From positions 1,950,001-1,982,000 of the forward strand of contig NC_008340.1 of the NCBI RefSeq assembly GCF_000014785.1: a stretch of 32,000 bases of DNA, read 5' to 3'. This DNA comes from Alkalilimnicola ehrlichii MLHE-1. Lineage in GTDB: Bacteria; Pseudomonadota; Gammaproteobacteria; Nitrococcales; Halorhodospiraceae. The notes under the pieces were generated by a model, which saw nothing but the letters and a program-made list of their open reading frames with translations, was not told where the DNA came from and did not search any database. The translations under genes and the position numbers were made by a program. Every line of letters begins with the position of its first letter. The first letter of the stretch is position 1. Positions 7,908 to 17,320 of the stretch are shown one piece after another.

Positions 7908-8548
7908 AGCGTCCGCCCTCCTCCGGCCTCTATCACGTCTGCGCCCTCCGGTGGCTGGAATTCGAACCGGCCGGGATCGATCTCGACATCGCGTTCCAGC
8001 GCCTCCAGCCTGAGCACGGTGATCTGGCCCAGGCCGTCCTCCAACTCCAGCTCCACAGGCACCCCGTCCTCCAGCCGCAGCAGCACATGCTCGTAGTCCA
8101 GGGTGGCCTCGCGGGGTTGCAGGGCCACCCGACCCGGCTCGGGGAAGGTCAGCTCGAAGGCCTCCTCCAGCTCGCCCAGGGTGCCGCCCAGCAGGGTCGC
8201 CGGGCCGCGGCCGAGACTGTCGGCCAACGAGCGCACCGTCACCTGGTCGAGGTCCTGGTCATAGACCCAGAGCCTTTCACCGTCGGAGACGATCTCCTGC
8301 GGCCACGGCTCCGCATAGTTCCAGCGGAAGCGATCCGGCCTCTCGATCCAGAACTCACCGCTGGACTCCTCCAGGATCCGCCCGGACTCGTCGTGCGTCT
8401 GCTGGGTGAAGCGCCCCTGCAGGCTCGTGACGTCATCGTAGTACCGGGCGAGATCGGCCCGGGTGGCCGCCTGCTCGGCCAGCACCGGCATGACGGAGAG
8501 GCTCAGGCACAGGGCCAGGAGCACGGCAAACGCCAGCTTGATCTTCAT
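7904..8548 (-). CDS. lolA: Outer-membrane lipoprotein carrier protein LolA
   Basis: Signal peptide MKIKLAFAVLLALCLSLSVMPVLA, then YYDDVTSLQGRFTQQTHDESGRILEESSGEFWIERPDRFRWNYAEPWPQEIVSDGERLWVYDQDLDQVTV. Located between ftsK and rarA. Start trimmed to the ATG at 8548. Confidence 0.94.
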   Translation of the reverse strand: MKIKLAFAVLLALCLSLSVMPVLAEQAATRADLARYYDDVTSLQGRFTQQTHDESGRILEESSGEFWIERPDRFRWNYAEPWPQEIVSDGERLWVYDQDLDQVTVRSLADSLGRGPATLLGGTLGELEEAFELTFPEPGRVALQPREATLDYEHVLLRLEDGVPVELELEDGLGQITVLRLEALERDVEIDPGRFEFQPPEGADVIEAGGGRTL

Positions 8549-8583
8549 AGACTCCGGGTCTCCTCGAGCCGCACCCGCCCGGG

Positions 8584-10965
8584 TCAATCCTTGGGCGGCG
8601 GCGGTGCCAGCACCTCGCGACCGCCATTGGGCTGCAGCGCGCTGACCACCCCCGCCGCCTCCATCTCCTCGACGATGCGGGCGGCGCGGTTGTATCCGAT
8701 TTTCAGGCGCCGCTGCACGCCGGAGATAGACGCCCGGCGGGTCTCGGTGACCACCGCCACGGCCTGATCGTACAGCGGATCCTGCTCGCCATCGCCACCG
8801 CCCTCACCGGGGATACCGGGGATGGGCGCGGTGTCGGTGGTATCCTGAAGGACCTCGTCGACGTAGTCGGGTTCCCCGGTCTGGCGGATAAAGTCCGCCA
8901 CCCGGTGCACCTCCTGGTCGGAGACAAAGGCCCCATGCACCCGGTTGGGCAGCCCGGAACCGGGGGCGAGGTAGAGCATATCGCCGTGCCCCAGGAGCGC
9001 CTCGGCGCCCTGCTGATCGAGAATGGTACGCGAGTCCACCCGGGACGAGACCTGAAAGGCGATGCGGGTGGGGATGTTGGCCTTGATCAGCCCGGTGATC
9101 ACGTCCACCGAGGGCCGCTGGGTGGCGAGAATGAGATGGATGCCGGCCGCCCGGGCCTTCTGCGCCAGCCGCGCGATCAGCTCCTCCACCTTCTTGCCGA
9201 CGATCATCATCATATCGGCGAACTCGTCCACCACCACCACAATGAACGGTAGCGGCTCCAGTTCCGGTGCCTCGGGCTGCACTTGGTAGTCCATCTGCTC
9301 ATCGGGCTTCCAAAGCGGGTCGCGCAGCGGCTCGCCCTGCTCCCGGGCCTGGCGCACCTTCTTGTTATAACCGGCCAGGTTGCGCACCCCCACCGAGGCC
9401 ATCAGCTTGTAGCGGCGTTCCATCTCGGCCACGCACCAGCGCAGGGCGTTGGCCGCCTCCTTCATATCGGTGACCACCGGCGAGAGCAGATGCGGGATAT
9501 CGTCGTAAACCGACAGCTCCAGCATCTTGGGGTCGATCATGATCAGCCGCACCCGCTCCGGGCTGTTCCGGTAGAGCAGGCTGAGGATCATGGCGTTGAC
9601 CCCCACCGACTTGCCCGAACCGGTGGTCCCGGCCACCAGCAGGTGGGGCATCTTGGCCAGATCGGCCACCACCGGATGGCCGCCGATGTCCTGACCCAGG
9701 GCCATGGTGAGCGGCGCCTGCGCCTTCTCATACTCCGGCGAGCGGATGATCTCGGAAAAGGCGATGAGCTGCCGCTGCTCGTTGGGGATCTCCAGCCCCA
9801 TCACCGACTTGCCCGGGATCACCTCAATCACCCGCACCGAGATCACCGCCAGGGACCGGGCCAGGTCGCGGGACAGGTTGGTGATCTGGCTGGCCTTGAC
9901 GCCCTTGGCCGGCTTGAGTTCGAAGCGGGTGATCACCGGGCCCGGCTGCACCGCCGTCACCGCCACCTCGATACCGAAGTCGGCCAGCTTGGTCTCCACC
10001 AGCCGCGACATGTCCTCCAGAGTGTCCTCGGAGTAGCCCCCCTGCTGCTCCGGCGGCGAATCCAGCAGGTTCACCGGTGGCGCAGCCCCGGGGGCGGGCT
10101 TGTCGTGGAAGAGTTCGATCTGCTGGCCGGCGGCCGGCTTGCGCCCGGGTGCCGGGGCCTTGGGCACCACCGGCTCGGCCTTAGTGACCCGCGGCGGTTT
10201 CGGTTTCCCGCGCGGGGGCGAAGGCGTGCGCACCTCGGGCTGGCGCGCCCGCGCCTCACGCGCGGCCCGTGCCCGCTCCGCCCGGCGGGCGCGCGCGGCG
10301 GCCAGGCCCTCACTCAGCCGGCCCGCCTGCCGGCGGCACCAGCCGGTGGTGCGAAAGGCCAGGCGGCCCAGGCGGTCCATCAGGCCCACCCAGGACAGGC
10401 CGGTGGTCAGGGTAATCCCCCCCAGGAACAGCGCCAGGGCGAAGAGCGTGGCGCCTTCGAAATTCAACAGACCACCGAGCCCGTGCCCGACCAATTCGCC
10501 CAGAACCCCGCCCGCGGAGAGGGGCACCGTCTCCGGAATGGCGCTGAAATGCAGCGCCGCCAGCCCGGTGCCGGAGGCGAGGGTGACCACAAAGCCCACG
10601 CCCCGCACCGCCACGATGCCACCGTCGACACCGCCCCCCTCACGCCGCCAGCGGAAGGCGAGCCAGGCCGCATAGGCCATGGTGAGCGGGAAGAGGTAGG
10701 CCAGGTACCCGAACAGATAGAGGGTGAAATCGGCAAACCAGGCGCCCACCACGCCACCGGCGTTGTGGACCTGGTCGGTCTGGGCGCTAAAACTCCAGCC
10801 CGGATCCTGCGGGTGATAGGTGACCAGCGCCAGCATCATGAACACCGCCACCGCCGCCAGCACCAACAGCAGCGCCTCGCGCAGCCGCCGGCTGACGTGG
10901 TGCCCCAGGGCGGAGCGGACGGGCTTCTGGGTCTGTGATCGGGCCACGGTCATTCGCGTCGTCAC
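8584..10965 (-). CDS. ftsK: DNA translocase FtsK
   Basis: 793 aa. N-terminal TM segments, RecA-like motor with [17 protein letters not shown] and [13 protein letters not shown]-terminal winged-helix gamma domain ([41 protein letters not shown]). Confidence 0.97.
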   Translation of the reverse strand: MTTRMTVARSQTQKPVRSALGHHVSRRLREALLLVLAAVAVFMMLALVTYHPQDPGWSFSAQTDQVHNAGGVVGAWFADFTLYLFGYLAYLFPLTMAYAAWLAFRWRREGGGVDGGIVAVRGVGFVVTLASGTGLAALHFSAIPETVPLSAGGVLGELVGHGLGGLLNFEGATLFALALFLGGITLTTGLSWVGLMDRLGRLAFRTTGWCRRQAGRLSEGLAAARARRAERARAAREARARQPEVRTPSPPRGKPKPPRVTKAEPVVPKAPAPGRKPAAGQQIELFHDKPAPGAAPPVNLLDSPPEQQGGYSEDTLEDMSRLVETKLADFGIEVAVTAVQPGPVITRFELKPAKGVKASQITNLSRDLARSLAVISVRVIEVIPGKSVMGLEIPNEQRQLIAFSEIIRSPEYEKAQAPLTMALGQDIGGHPVVADLAKMPHLLVAGTTGSGKSVGVNAMILSLLYRNSPERVRLIMIDPKMLELSVYDDIPHLLSPVVTDMKEAANALRWCVAEMERRYKLMASVGVRNLAGYNKKVRQAREQGEPLRDPLWKPDEQMDYQVQPEAPELEPLPFIVVVVDEFADMMMIVGKKVEELIARLAQKARAAGIHLILATQRPSVDVITGLIKANIPTRIAFQVSSRVDSRTILDQQGAEALLGHGDMLYLAPGSGLPNRVHGAFVSDQEVHRVADFIRQTGEPDYVDEVLQDTTDTAPIPGIPGEGGGDGEQDPLYDQAVAVVTETRRASISGVQRRLKIGYNRAARIVEEMEAAGVVSALQPNGGREVLAPPPPKD

Positions 10966-11163
10966 TGCTGGGCCGGACAGCCGGCGTGAAGGAAATGGCG
11001 CTCAGTTCCGAAAGAACTGTCAATTCAGTCAGAAGGATACAGCCATAATCTCAGGTTGTCATCCAAGAGCCGGACAGCGGTCGCCCGCTTTCTCCGGCGG
11101 CCGGACAAGGCCGGCTTGCGGATGGTATGATTAGTCCATCCTGGCGCGATCCGGCTGAGCCCC

Positions 11164-11940
11164 ATGTACCGACTCTACTGGCTGGATGAACACAACCCGC
11201 GCAGTCCCTTTCCTCCCGCCGAGCAGGCGATGGACGAACCCAACGGGCTGCTCGCGGTGGGGGGCGACCTGTCGCCGGTGCGCCTGGAGCAGGCCTACCG
11301 GCGGGGCATCTTCCCCTGGTACGGGCCCGGTCAACCCATCCTCTGGTGGAGCCCCGACCCGCGCTGCATCTTCCGCCCGGGCTGGTTGCACGTCAGCCGC
11401 CGACTGGCACGGCGGCTGCGCACCGGCGCGTTCCGCATGAGCCTGGACACCGACTTCACCGGCGTCATCAGTGCCTGCGCGGCCCCGCGGGAGGACCAGG
11501 CCGGCACCTGGATCGTGCCCGAGATGATGCACGCCTACGAGGCGCTGTTCGAACTGGGCATCGCCCATTCGGTGGAGTGCTGGGACCGGGACGGCGAGCT
11601 GGTGGGCGGTCTGTACGGCGTGGCCCTGAGCGGGGCCTTCTTCGGTGAGAGCATGTTCAGCCGGCGCAGCGACGCCTCCAAGGCCTGCATGGCCTGGCTC
11701 AGCGCGCAGCTCCACCGCTGGGGCTTCGCCCTGTTCGACTGCCAGGTCAGCTCCCCCCACCTGCGCCGCATGGGCGCCGTGGATGTCAGCCGCAGCCGCT
11801 TTCTCGCCCAGCTTCAGCAGGCCCTGGTCCTGCCCCACCGGCGCGGGCCCTGGCGCTTCGACCGGGACCTGGACCCGGTGGCCATCCATCGACAACACCA
11901 AACGCGGACCACCGCACCGGAGGTGCTGTATGGGTCGTAA
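11164..11940 (+). CDS. aat: Leucyl/phenylalanyl-tRNA--protein transferase
   Basis: [90 protein letters not shown]. Confidence 0.97.
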   Translation: MYRLYWLDEHNPRSPFPPAEQAMDEPNGLLAVGGDLSPVRLEQAYRRGIFPWYGPGQPILWWSPDPRCIFRPGWLHVSRRLARRLRTGAFRMSLDTDFTGVISACAAPREDQAGTWIVPEMMHAYEALFELGIAHSVECWDRDGELVGGLYGVALSGAFFGESMFSRRSDASKACMAWLSAQLHRWGFALFDCQVSSPHLRRMGAVDVSRSRFLAQLQQALVLPHRRGPWRFDRDLDPVAIHRQHQTRTTAPEVLYGS

Positions 11941-12649
11941 CGACCTGATTCGCCGCCTCCCCGTCTACGCCACCGGCGAGCACGACTGTCCCTACCTGGA
12001 CGGGGAAACCGCCTGTACCTGGTTTGTGGACCCGGACGCCAGCCTCTCGCCGGGGCTGTACAGCAACCTGATCCGTCAGGGCTACCGGCGCAGTGGGCGC
12101 TATATCTACCGGCCTGGCTGTGACGCCTGCCACGCCTGCCAGTCACTGCGTATACCGGTGCACCGTTTCCGCTCCCGCCGGCGCCACCGGCGTTGCCTGA
12201 AGGCCAACGCCGGAGCCACCGTCGAGCCCCTGCCATCAACCTACCGGGAAGAGCACTACCAGCTCTACTGCGACTACCTCCAGGCGCGCCATCCGGGCAG
12301 CGAAATGAGCGACCCCGCCATCGGCGACTACCTGGAGTTTTTGCGCACGGACTGGTGCGAGACCCTGTTTTACGAGTTCCGCGACGAAAACGACACCCTA
12401 CTGGGGGTGGCGGCCACCGACCTGGTCGCCGACGGGCTCTCTGCCGTCTACACCTTTTACCGGCCCGACCTGCCGGAGCGCAGCCTGGGCACCCTGGCTA
12501 TCCTCTGGCAGATCAACGAGGCGCGCCGCCTGGGGCTGGATTACGTCTACCTGGGCTACTGGATCAAGGGCTGCGACCAGATGCGGTATAAGGCCGACTT
12601 CCGACCCCACGAGGTCTTCAACGGCGGTCGCTGGCTGACGGTGGCGTGA
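11930..12649 (+). CDS. bpt: Aspartate/glutamate leucyltransferase
   Basis: ATG at 11930. [71 protein letters not shown] and [26 protein letters not shown] are typical of Ate/Bpt. Confidence 0.96.
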   Translation: MGRNDLIRRLPVYATGEHDCPYLDGETACTWFVDPDASLSPGLYSNLIRQGYRRSGRYIYRPGCDACHACQSLRIPVHRFRSRRRHRRCLKANAGATVEPLPSTYREEHYQLYCDYLQARHPGSEMSDPAIGDYLEFLRTDWCETLFYEFRDENDTLLGVAATDLVADGLSAVYTFYRPDLPERSLGTLAILWQINEARRLGLDYVYLGYWIKGCDQMRYKADFRPHEVFNGGRWLTVA

Positions 12650-12881
12650 GTCGCTCAATCAACGCCTGAAAGGCGGCCGGATCGTCGCGGCGCAAGCGCT
12701 CCAGGGCCGACTCGGCCGCTCGCAGCGCACCGTCGCGATGCCGCCCCTTCACCGCCTCCACTGCGGCGTGGGTTTCGCGCAGCCGCTGCACCGCCGGTGC
12801 CTCACTGTCCCCGGCGACGGCCAGCAGCGCCTCGGTGAGCAGCCCCAGCTGCCGCCCGTAGCTGGCCACCTCCGCCACCAC
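12618..12881 (-). CDS. Small hypothetical protein (about 87 aa, helical, Ala/Arg-rich)
   Basis: [80 protein letters not shown]. Protein-like composition, fills the gap between bpt and the MBL gene, tail overlaps bpt by 32 nt. Confidence 0.45.
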   Translation of the reverse strand: MVAEVASYGRQLGLLTEALLAVAGDSEAPAVQRLRETHAAVEAVKGRHRDGALRAAESALERLRRDDPAAFQALIERLTPPSASDRR

Positions 12882-12920
12882 ATCGCGTTCGATCCGCCGG
12901 TCACCTCCGGGCCACGCCGT

Positions 12921-13992
12921 TCAGTATAGGTGGGGCAGGCCAGGCACCACCACCTCGCCGCCATAGGCCTCGCGTACCTCCGCGATCAGGGCCCTGGGGT
13001 CGCGGCTGTGGCGGCGGGAAAAGTGAAAGGGCACCAACCGCTGCACCCCGGCCGCGGCGGCGATCCGACCGCAGGCGCCGGCGGTCAGGTGGCCGGTGCG
13101 GGCGGCCTGAGCGGCCTCGCCCCGGAGAAAGGGCGCCTCGCAGAAGAGCGTATGCGCCCCCCCTGGCCAGCGACACCAGCGCCTGGCGGTTGGTCGGCGT
13201 ATCGGCCAGATCGGTGGCGTAGACCAGGCGTTGCCCGGGGCGTTCCAGCAACAGCTCCGCTGCCAACCGTTCAACCGGCCAACGGCGGCCGTCGGGCAGC
13301 GCCAGATCGCCGTCCCGATCCCCCGCCAGCACCCGACGGCGCAGCTCCCCCAGCCAGGGGCCGGGCGGCCAGCCGCGGGCCGCCAGCCGCTCCTTGCGCA
13401 CATTGAGCTGCCGCGGTGGCTCGTAGGCAAAGGCGAGCACCGGCGTGCCGTGATCCAAGGCCCTTCCCCGAACCCGGAATTGGGGCTCCGCAAGCAGGTA
13501 GCCGTCCGGTGCCCGACGGGGCGCCAACGGCATCGGCGCCCTCCGCCCCGCCCTGACCCCGGCGCGGAGGAGTCGGTCCCCCTCATGCAGCTCCAGGACT
13601 TCGAAACCCGGCGCGCGCTCACCCACCCGGTCCCAGAGCACCGCATTGACCATGCCCTGCACATGCCCGGCCAGCCCCGGGGGGCCGTACAGCCGGCAGG
13701 CCGGGAATGGGCCGATTCGCGAGCGCAACAGCCAGAGTAGACCGCAAATGTGATCCATGTGGGCGTGGCTGATGAAGACATCGCTCACCTGGTGGGCGAT
13801 GCGGGCCGAGAGCCGGCTGCCCTCTCCCAGGTCGAACAACAGGCTGCGGCGCTGGTGGTGCAGCCGCAGGTGCAGCAGCGGGTCACCCAGCACACCATTG
13901 AGCAGCCGCGCCTCGGCCTGGCCCACCCGGAGCGCCGGACCGGGCGCCGCCCCGGGGCGGCGTTGCGGCTCGGGACGTCCGGACGCCGCCAT
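12921..13992 (-). pseudogene. MBL-fold (ribonuclease Z-like) hydrolase with a +1 frameshift in a G7 tract
   Basis: N-terminal part (ATG at 13992): GVLGDPLLHLRLHHQRRSLLFDLGEGSRL...VFISHAHMDHICGLLWLL...VYATDLADTPTNRQALVSLARG. The C-terminal part is in a different frame: GAHTLFCEAPFLRGEAAQAARTGHLTAGACGRIAAAAGVQRLVPFHFSRRH. The switch coincides with ccccccc at about 13157-13163 (+ strand). Confidence 0.8.
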
Positions 13993-13996
13993 GGCC

Positions 13997-14413
13997 TCAG
14001 GCGCCAGAGCGCTCCGCGGGGATGGCATAGGTCCCCACGGCGTGGGCGACCGGGTGGTCGTCACCGTCCGAGAAAAGCGCCACCTCCCCCACCGCCAGCG
14101 ACCGCCCCACCTTGAGCAGTTCGCAGCGGGCAACGATGTCCCGGTCGGCGGCGGGCTTGCGCAGGAAGTTGATGTTCAGACTGGTGGTCACCGCCAGCGG
14201 CACGATGCCGATGACGCCGAGCAGGGCCACGTAGAGGGCCACGTCGGCCACCGCCATCATCACCGGGCCGGAGACGGTGCCGCCGGGACGCAGCTCGTTC
14301 TCGCCGATGGGATGGCGCACGGTCGCCTTACCCTGCCCCACTGCCTCCACCGTGCAGGGTGTCTGGGGGAACTCAGCGGCCAGGAACGCCGTAATCTCTG
14401 CCTGGGTGGTCAA
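13997..14413 (-). CDS. PaaI-family (hotdog fold) thioesterase
   Basis: ENELRPGGTVSGPVMMAVADVALYVALLGVIGIVPLAVTTSLNINFLRKPAADRDIVARCELLKVGRSLAVGEVALFSDGDDHPVAHAVGTYAIP. Confidence 0.85.
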   Translation of the reverse strand: MTTQAEITAFLAAEFPQTPCTVEAVGQGKATVRHPIGENELRPGGTVSGPVMMAVADVALYVALLGVIGIVPLAVTTSLNINFLRKPAADRDIVARCELLKVGRSLAVGEVALFSDGDDHPVAHAVGTYAIPAERSGA

Positions 14414-15426
14414 GGGGCCTCCGGGTCATCCCTGCCTGTTTCCCGGTTAGTCTCCGGGGTCAGCCCCTTCTCGCGCAACCATTCCGGGTTGAACAGCCGC
14501 GAGTAGTAGCGCGCGCCCCCGTCGCAGAGGATGGTGGCGATGGTGTGCCCCGGCCCCAGCTCGCGGGCCAGGCGCACAGCGGCAGCCAGGTTGATGCCGG
14601 AGGAGCTGCCCAGGAACAGCCCCTCCTGGTAGAGCGCCTGATAGACCCGATCCACGGCCTCCTGGTCGGGGATGCTGTAGGCGTCGTCGATGGGCGTCCC
14701 CTCCAGATTGGCGGTGACCCGCGTGCTGCCGATGCCCTCGGTGATGGAGCCGCTGCCGGTCACCTCCGGCGTACCGGTCTTGACGTAGCCGTAGAGCGCG
14801 CTGCCGTGCGGGTCGGCCAGTACGCAGCGCACATCCGGCGACTGCGCCTTGAGGTAGCGGGCTACGCCGGCCAGGGTGCCGCCGGTGCCGGTGGCCGCAA
14901 CGAAACCGTCCAGCCGCCCTCCGGTCTGCGACCAGATCTCGGGCCCGGTGGTCTCGTAGTGGGCCTGGCGGTTGGCGGTGTTGTCGAACTGGTTGGCCCA
15001 GATCGCGTTGTCCATCTCCTCGGCCATGCGGCCGGCCACCTTCTGGTAGTTGTTCGGGTCCTTGTAGGGCCGGGCCGGTACGGTGTGCACCGCCGCGCCC
15101 AGGGTGCGCAGGAGGTCGATCTTCTCCTGGGTCTGGGTTTCGGGAATGACGATCACACAGCGATAGCCGCGGGCGTTGCACAGGTGGGCCAAGCCGATCC
15201 CGGTATTGCCCGCGGTCCCCTCCACCACCGTGCCACCGGGGCGCAGCAGGCCGCGCCGTTCGGCATCCAGGAGGATGTAGAGCGCGGCGCGGTCCTTCAC
15301 CGACCCGCCCGGGTTCATGAACTCGGCCTTGCCCAGGATCTCGCAGCCGGTCTCCTCGGAAAGCCGCTTGAGGCGTATCAGTGGGGTGTTGCCCACCGCC
15401 CCGGCAAAACCGTCGCACACTGTCAT
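14410..15426 (-). CDS. Cysteine synthase A-like PLP-dependent enzyme
   Basis: ATG at 15426. GNTPLIRLKRLSEETGCEILGKAEFMNPGGSVKDRAAL (PLP Lys), GTAGNTGIGLAHLCNARGYRCVIVIPE, VAATGTGGTLAGVARYLK. Confidence 0.88.
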   Translation of the reverse strand: MTVCDGFAGAVGNTPLIRLKRLSEETGCEILGKAEFMNPGGSVKDRAALYILLDAERRGLLRPGGTVVEGTAGNTGIGLAHLCNARGYRCVIVIPETQTQEKIDLLRTLGAAVHTVPARPYKDPNNYQKVAGRMAEEMDNAIWANQFDNTANRQAHYETTGPEIWSQTGGRLDGFVAATGTGGTLAGVARYLKAQSPDVRCVLADPHGSALYGYVKTGTPEVTGSGSITEGIGSTRVTANLEGTPIDDAYSIPDQEAVDRVYQALYQEGLFLGSSSGINLAAAVRLARELGPGHTIATILCDGGARYYSRLFNPEWLREKGLTPETNRETGRDDPEAP

Positions 15427-15520
15427 GGCCCCTCCTCCCGCAATCGTTTGCCAGCCACTGCATTGCGTAAGTATGGCAACAGCTGCCGGCCCCCGGGGGC
15501 TGAGACCGGGCGGGGCCGGC

Positions 15521-17200
15521 TCAGACCGCAGGGGTGGCCCGGCGGATGATGGCCGCGCAGTCCACGCCGTCCGGCAGCGTGCCGTAGTGGTGGGCACCGG
15601 TGGCGGCCAGGCGGCCCGCGCAGTAGGCATCGGCCAGCGCCGGGTCACTGTGACGCAGCAGCAACGCGGCCTGCAGCGCCGTGGCCATGTCGTCCACCAA
15701 CGCCCGGGCCCGATACGCCGCGTCGGCCCGCGGCGGCAGCGCCTGGCGCAGCCGGTCCAGGTGGGCGTCGTAGCGCCGGTCCGCGCCGCGGGCCCGCTCC
15801 AGTTCGTCCAGGAAGGCGTCCAGGGTGTCCGGCGCCTTCTCCACCGCACGCAGCACATCCAGGCACTGGATATTGCCGCTGCCCTCCCAGATGGCGTTGA
15901 TGGGCGACTCGCGGAACAGGCGGGGCAGGATGCAGTCCTCCATCACCCCGCTGCCGCCGATCGCCTCCATGGCCTCGTAGGCGTGCCCCGGCGTGCGCTT
16001 GCAGACCCAGTATTTCGCCACCGGTGTGGCGAGCCGGAACAGGGCCTGCTCACGGGGGGCGTCCGGACGGTCCAGCGCCCCCGCCAGGCGCAGGGCGACC
16101 TGCAGGGCCGCTTCGCTCTCCAGCGCCAGGTCCGCCAGCAGGTTGGCCATCAGCGGCTGATCGACCAGCCGCCCACCGAAGGCACGGCGGTGACGGCAAT
16201 GGTGCAACGCCTGTACGGCCGCCTGCCGCAGCCCCGCCGCCGAGCCGATGGTGCAATCGTAGCGGGTCATGGCCACCATATCGATGATGGTGCGGACACC
16301 GCGCCCCGGTTCACCCACCATCCAGGCCAGCGCCCCGCGAAGCTCGGTCTCGCTGGAGGCATTGGCGACATTGCCCATCTTGCGTTTGAGTTGCTGGATC
16401 TGCAGTGGGTTACGGCCGCCGTCGGGGCGCCACCGGGGCAACAGAAAGCAGCTCAGGCCGGCATCGGTCTGAGCCAGTACCAGAAAGGCATCGCTCATGG
16501 GCGCCGAGACGAAGTACTTGTGGCCCACCAGTTCGTAGGCCTCGCCCGGCCCCGGCGTGCCCAGGGGATAGGCCCGGGTGGTGTTGGCGCGTACGTCCGA
16601 GCCACCCTGTTTCTCGGTCATGGCCATACCAATGGTGACGGCCTTTTTCGCCGCCACGGGGCAATTGCGCGGGTCGTAGTCCAGGGCTAGCAACTTGTCC
16701 AGCCAGGAGGCGGCGAGGTCCGGCTGGCGTCGCAGGGCCGGCACGGCGGCGAAGGTCATGGTGACCGGGCAACCGTGCCCCGCCTCCACCTGCGCCTGCA
16801 GGTAGTAACGGGCCGCCCGCGCCACATGGGCCCCGGGGCCGGGGTTCCGCCAGGGCGCGGCGTGCAGCCCTTGGGTGAGGGCCCGCCGCATCAGCCGGTG
16901 ATAGGCCGGGTGATAGCGCACCTCGTCCACCCGGTGACCGAAGCGGTCGTGGGTATGCAGCCGGGGTGGCTGCTCGTTGGCCTGGAAGCCCAGCTCGATC
17001 ACCTCCGGCCGCCCGGCCCACGCCCCCTGACGGACCAGGCCCGCCTCCGCCCAGCCCGCCCGGTAACGGTGCACGCCCTCCCGCAGCGCCGCGTCCTGGC
17101 GGTAGAGATTGTAGGCTTGCAGTGGCGGCGGCTGGTTCTCGACCCGGTGGGTCTCGGCCAGCCAGCGCTCGCCCGGTGTATCCCGACGGATCGTGGTCAT
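15521..17200 (-). CDS. Acyl-CoA dehydrogenase family protein, AidB-like
   Basis: 559 aa. GMAMTEKQGGSDVRANTTRA, GHKYFVSAPMSDAFLVLAQT, GCTIGS-type segment (YDCTIGSAAGLRQAAVQALHHCRHRRAFG), EAIGGSGVMEDCILPRLFRESPINAIWEGSGNIQCLDVLRA. Confidence 0.88.
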   Translation of the reverse strand: MTTIRRDTPGERWLAETHRVENQPPPLQAYNLYRQDAALREGVHRYRAGWAEAGLVRQGAWAGRPEVIELGFQANEQPPRLHTHDRFGHRVDEVRYHPAYHRLMRRALTQGLHAAPWRNPGPGAHVARAARYYLQAQVEAGHGCPVTMTFAAVPALRRQPDLAASWLDKLLALDYDPRNCPVAAKKAVTIGMAMTEKQGGSDVRANTTRAYPLGTPGPGEAYELVGHKYFVSAPMSDAFLVLAQTDAGLSCFLLPRWRPDGGRNPLQIQQLKRKMGNVANASSETELRGALAWMVGEPGRGVRTIIDMVAMTRYDCTIGSAAGLRQAAVQALHHCRHRRAFGGRLVDQPLMANLLADLALESEAALQVALRLAGALDRPDAPREQALFRLATPVAKYWVCKRTPGHAYEAMEAIGGSGVMEDCILPRLFRESPINAIWEGSGNIQCLDVLRAVEKAPDTLDAFLDELERARGADRRYDAHLDRLRQALPPRADAAYRARALVDDMATALQAALLLRHSDPALADAYCAGRLAATGAHHYGTLPDGVDCAAIIRRATPAV

Positions 17201-17320
17201 GGCGGCACTCTTAAAACGGACGTTCGTCCCGGCAGTGTAGCGGTTGTTCGACTACATTGGGTGGTGTTGCCAGGCCGGGCCGGACCCACCGGCCGGCGCA
17301 TTTCTAGGAGCTTTCCCCGC

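Noticed and set aside
9283-10938. 551-aa plus-strand ORF opposite ftsK
   Set aside because: Antisense to a clear full-length FtsK in GC-rich DNA. The translation is Arg/Gly/His/Pro-rich with no recognisable motif, so a shadow ORF.
12901-14133. Reading the 410-aa ORF as one complete protein
   Set aside because: Its first ~47 residues are antisense-like sequence within the thioesterase gene, and its last ~80 residues are the wrong frame after the G7 tract. The conserved protein is a composite of two frames.
14545-15549. 334-aa and 457-aa plus-strand ORFs opposite the cysteine synthase-like and AidB-like genes
   Set aside because: Shadow ORFs of high-GC coding DNA with low-complexity composition.
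16775-17320. N-terminal ~182 aa of the 614-aa ORF ending at 18619
   Set aside because: Overlaps the AidB-like gene antisense. A good Shine-Dalgarno and ATG occur at 17321 where homologous-looking sequence begins.
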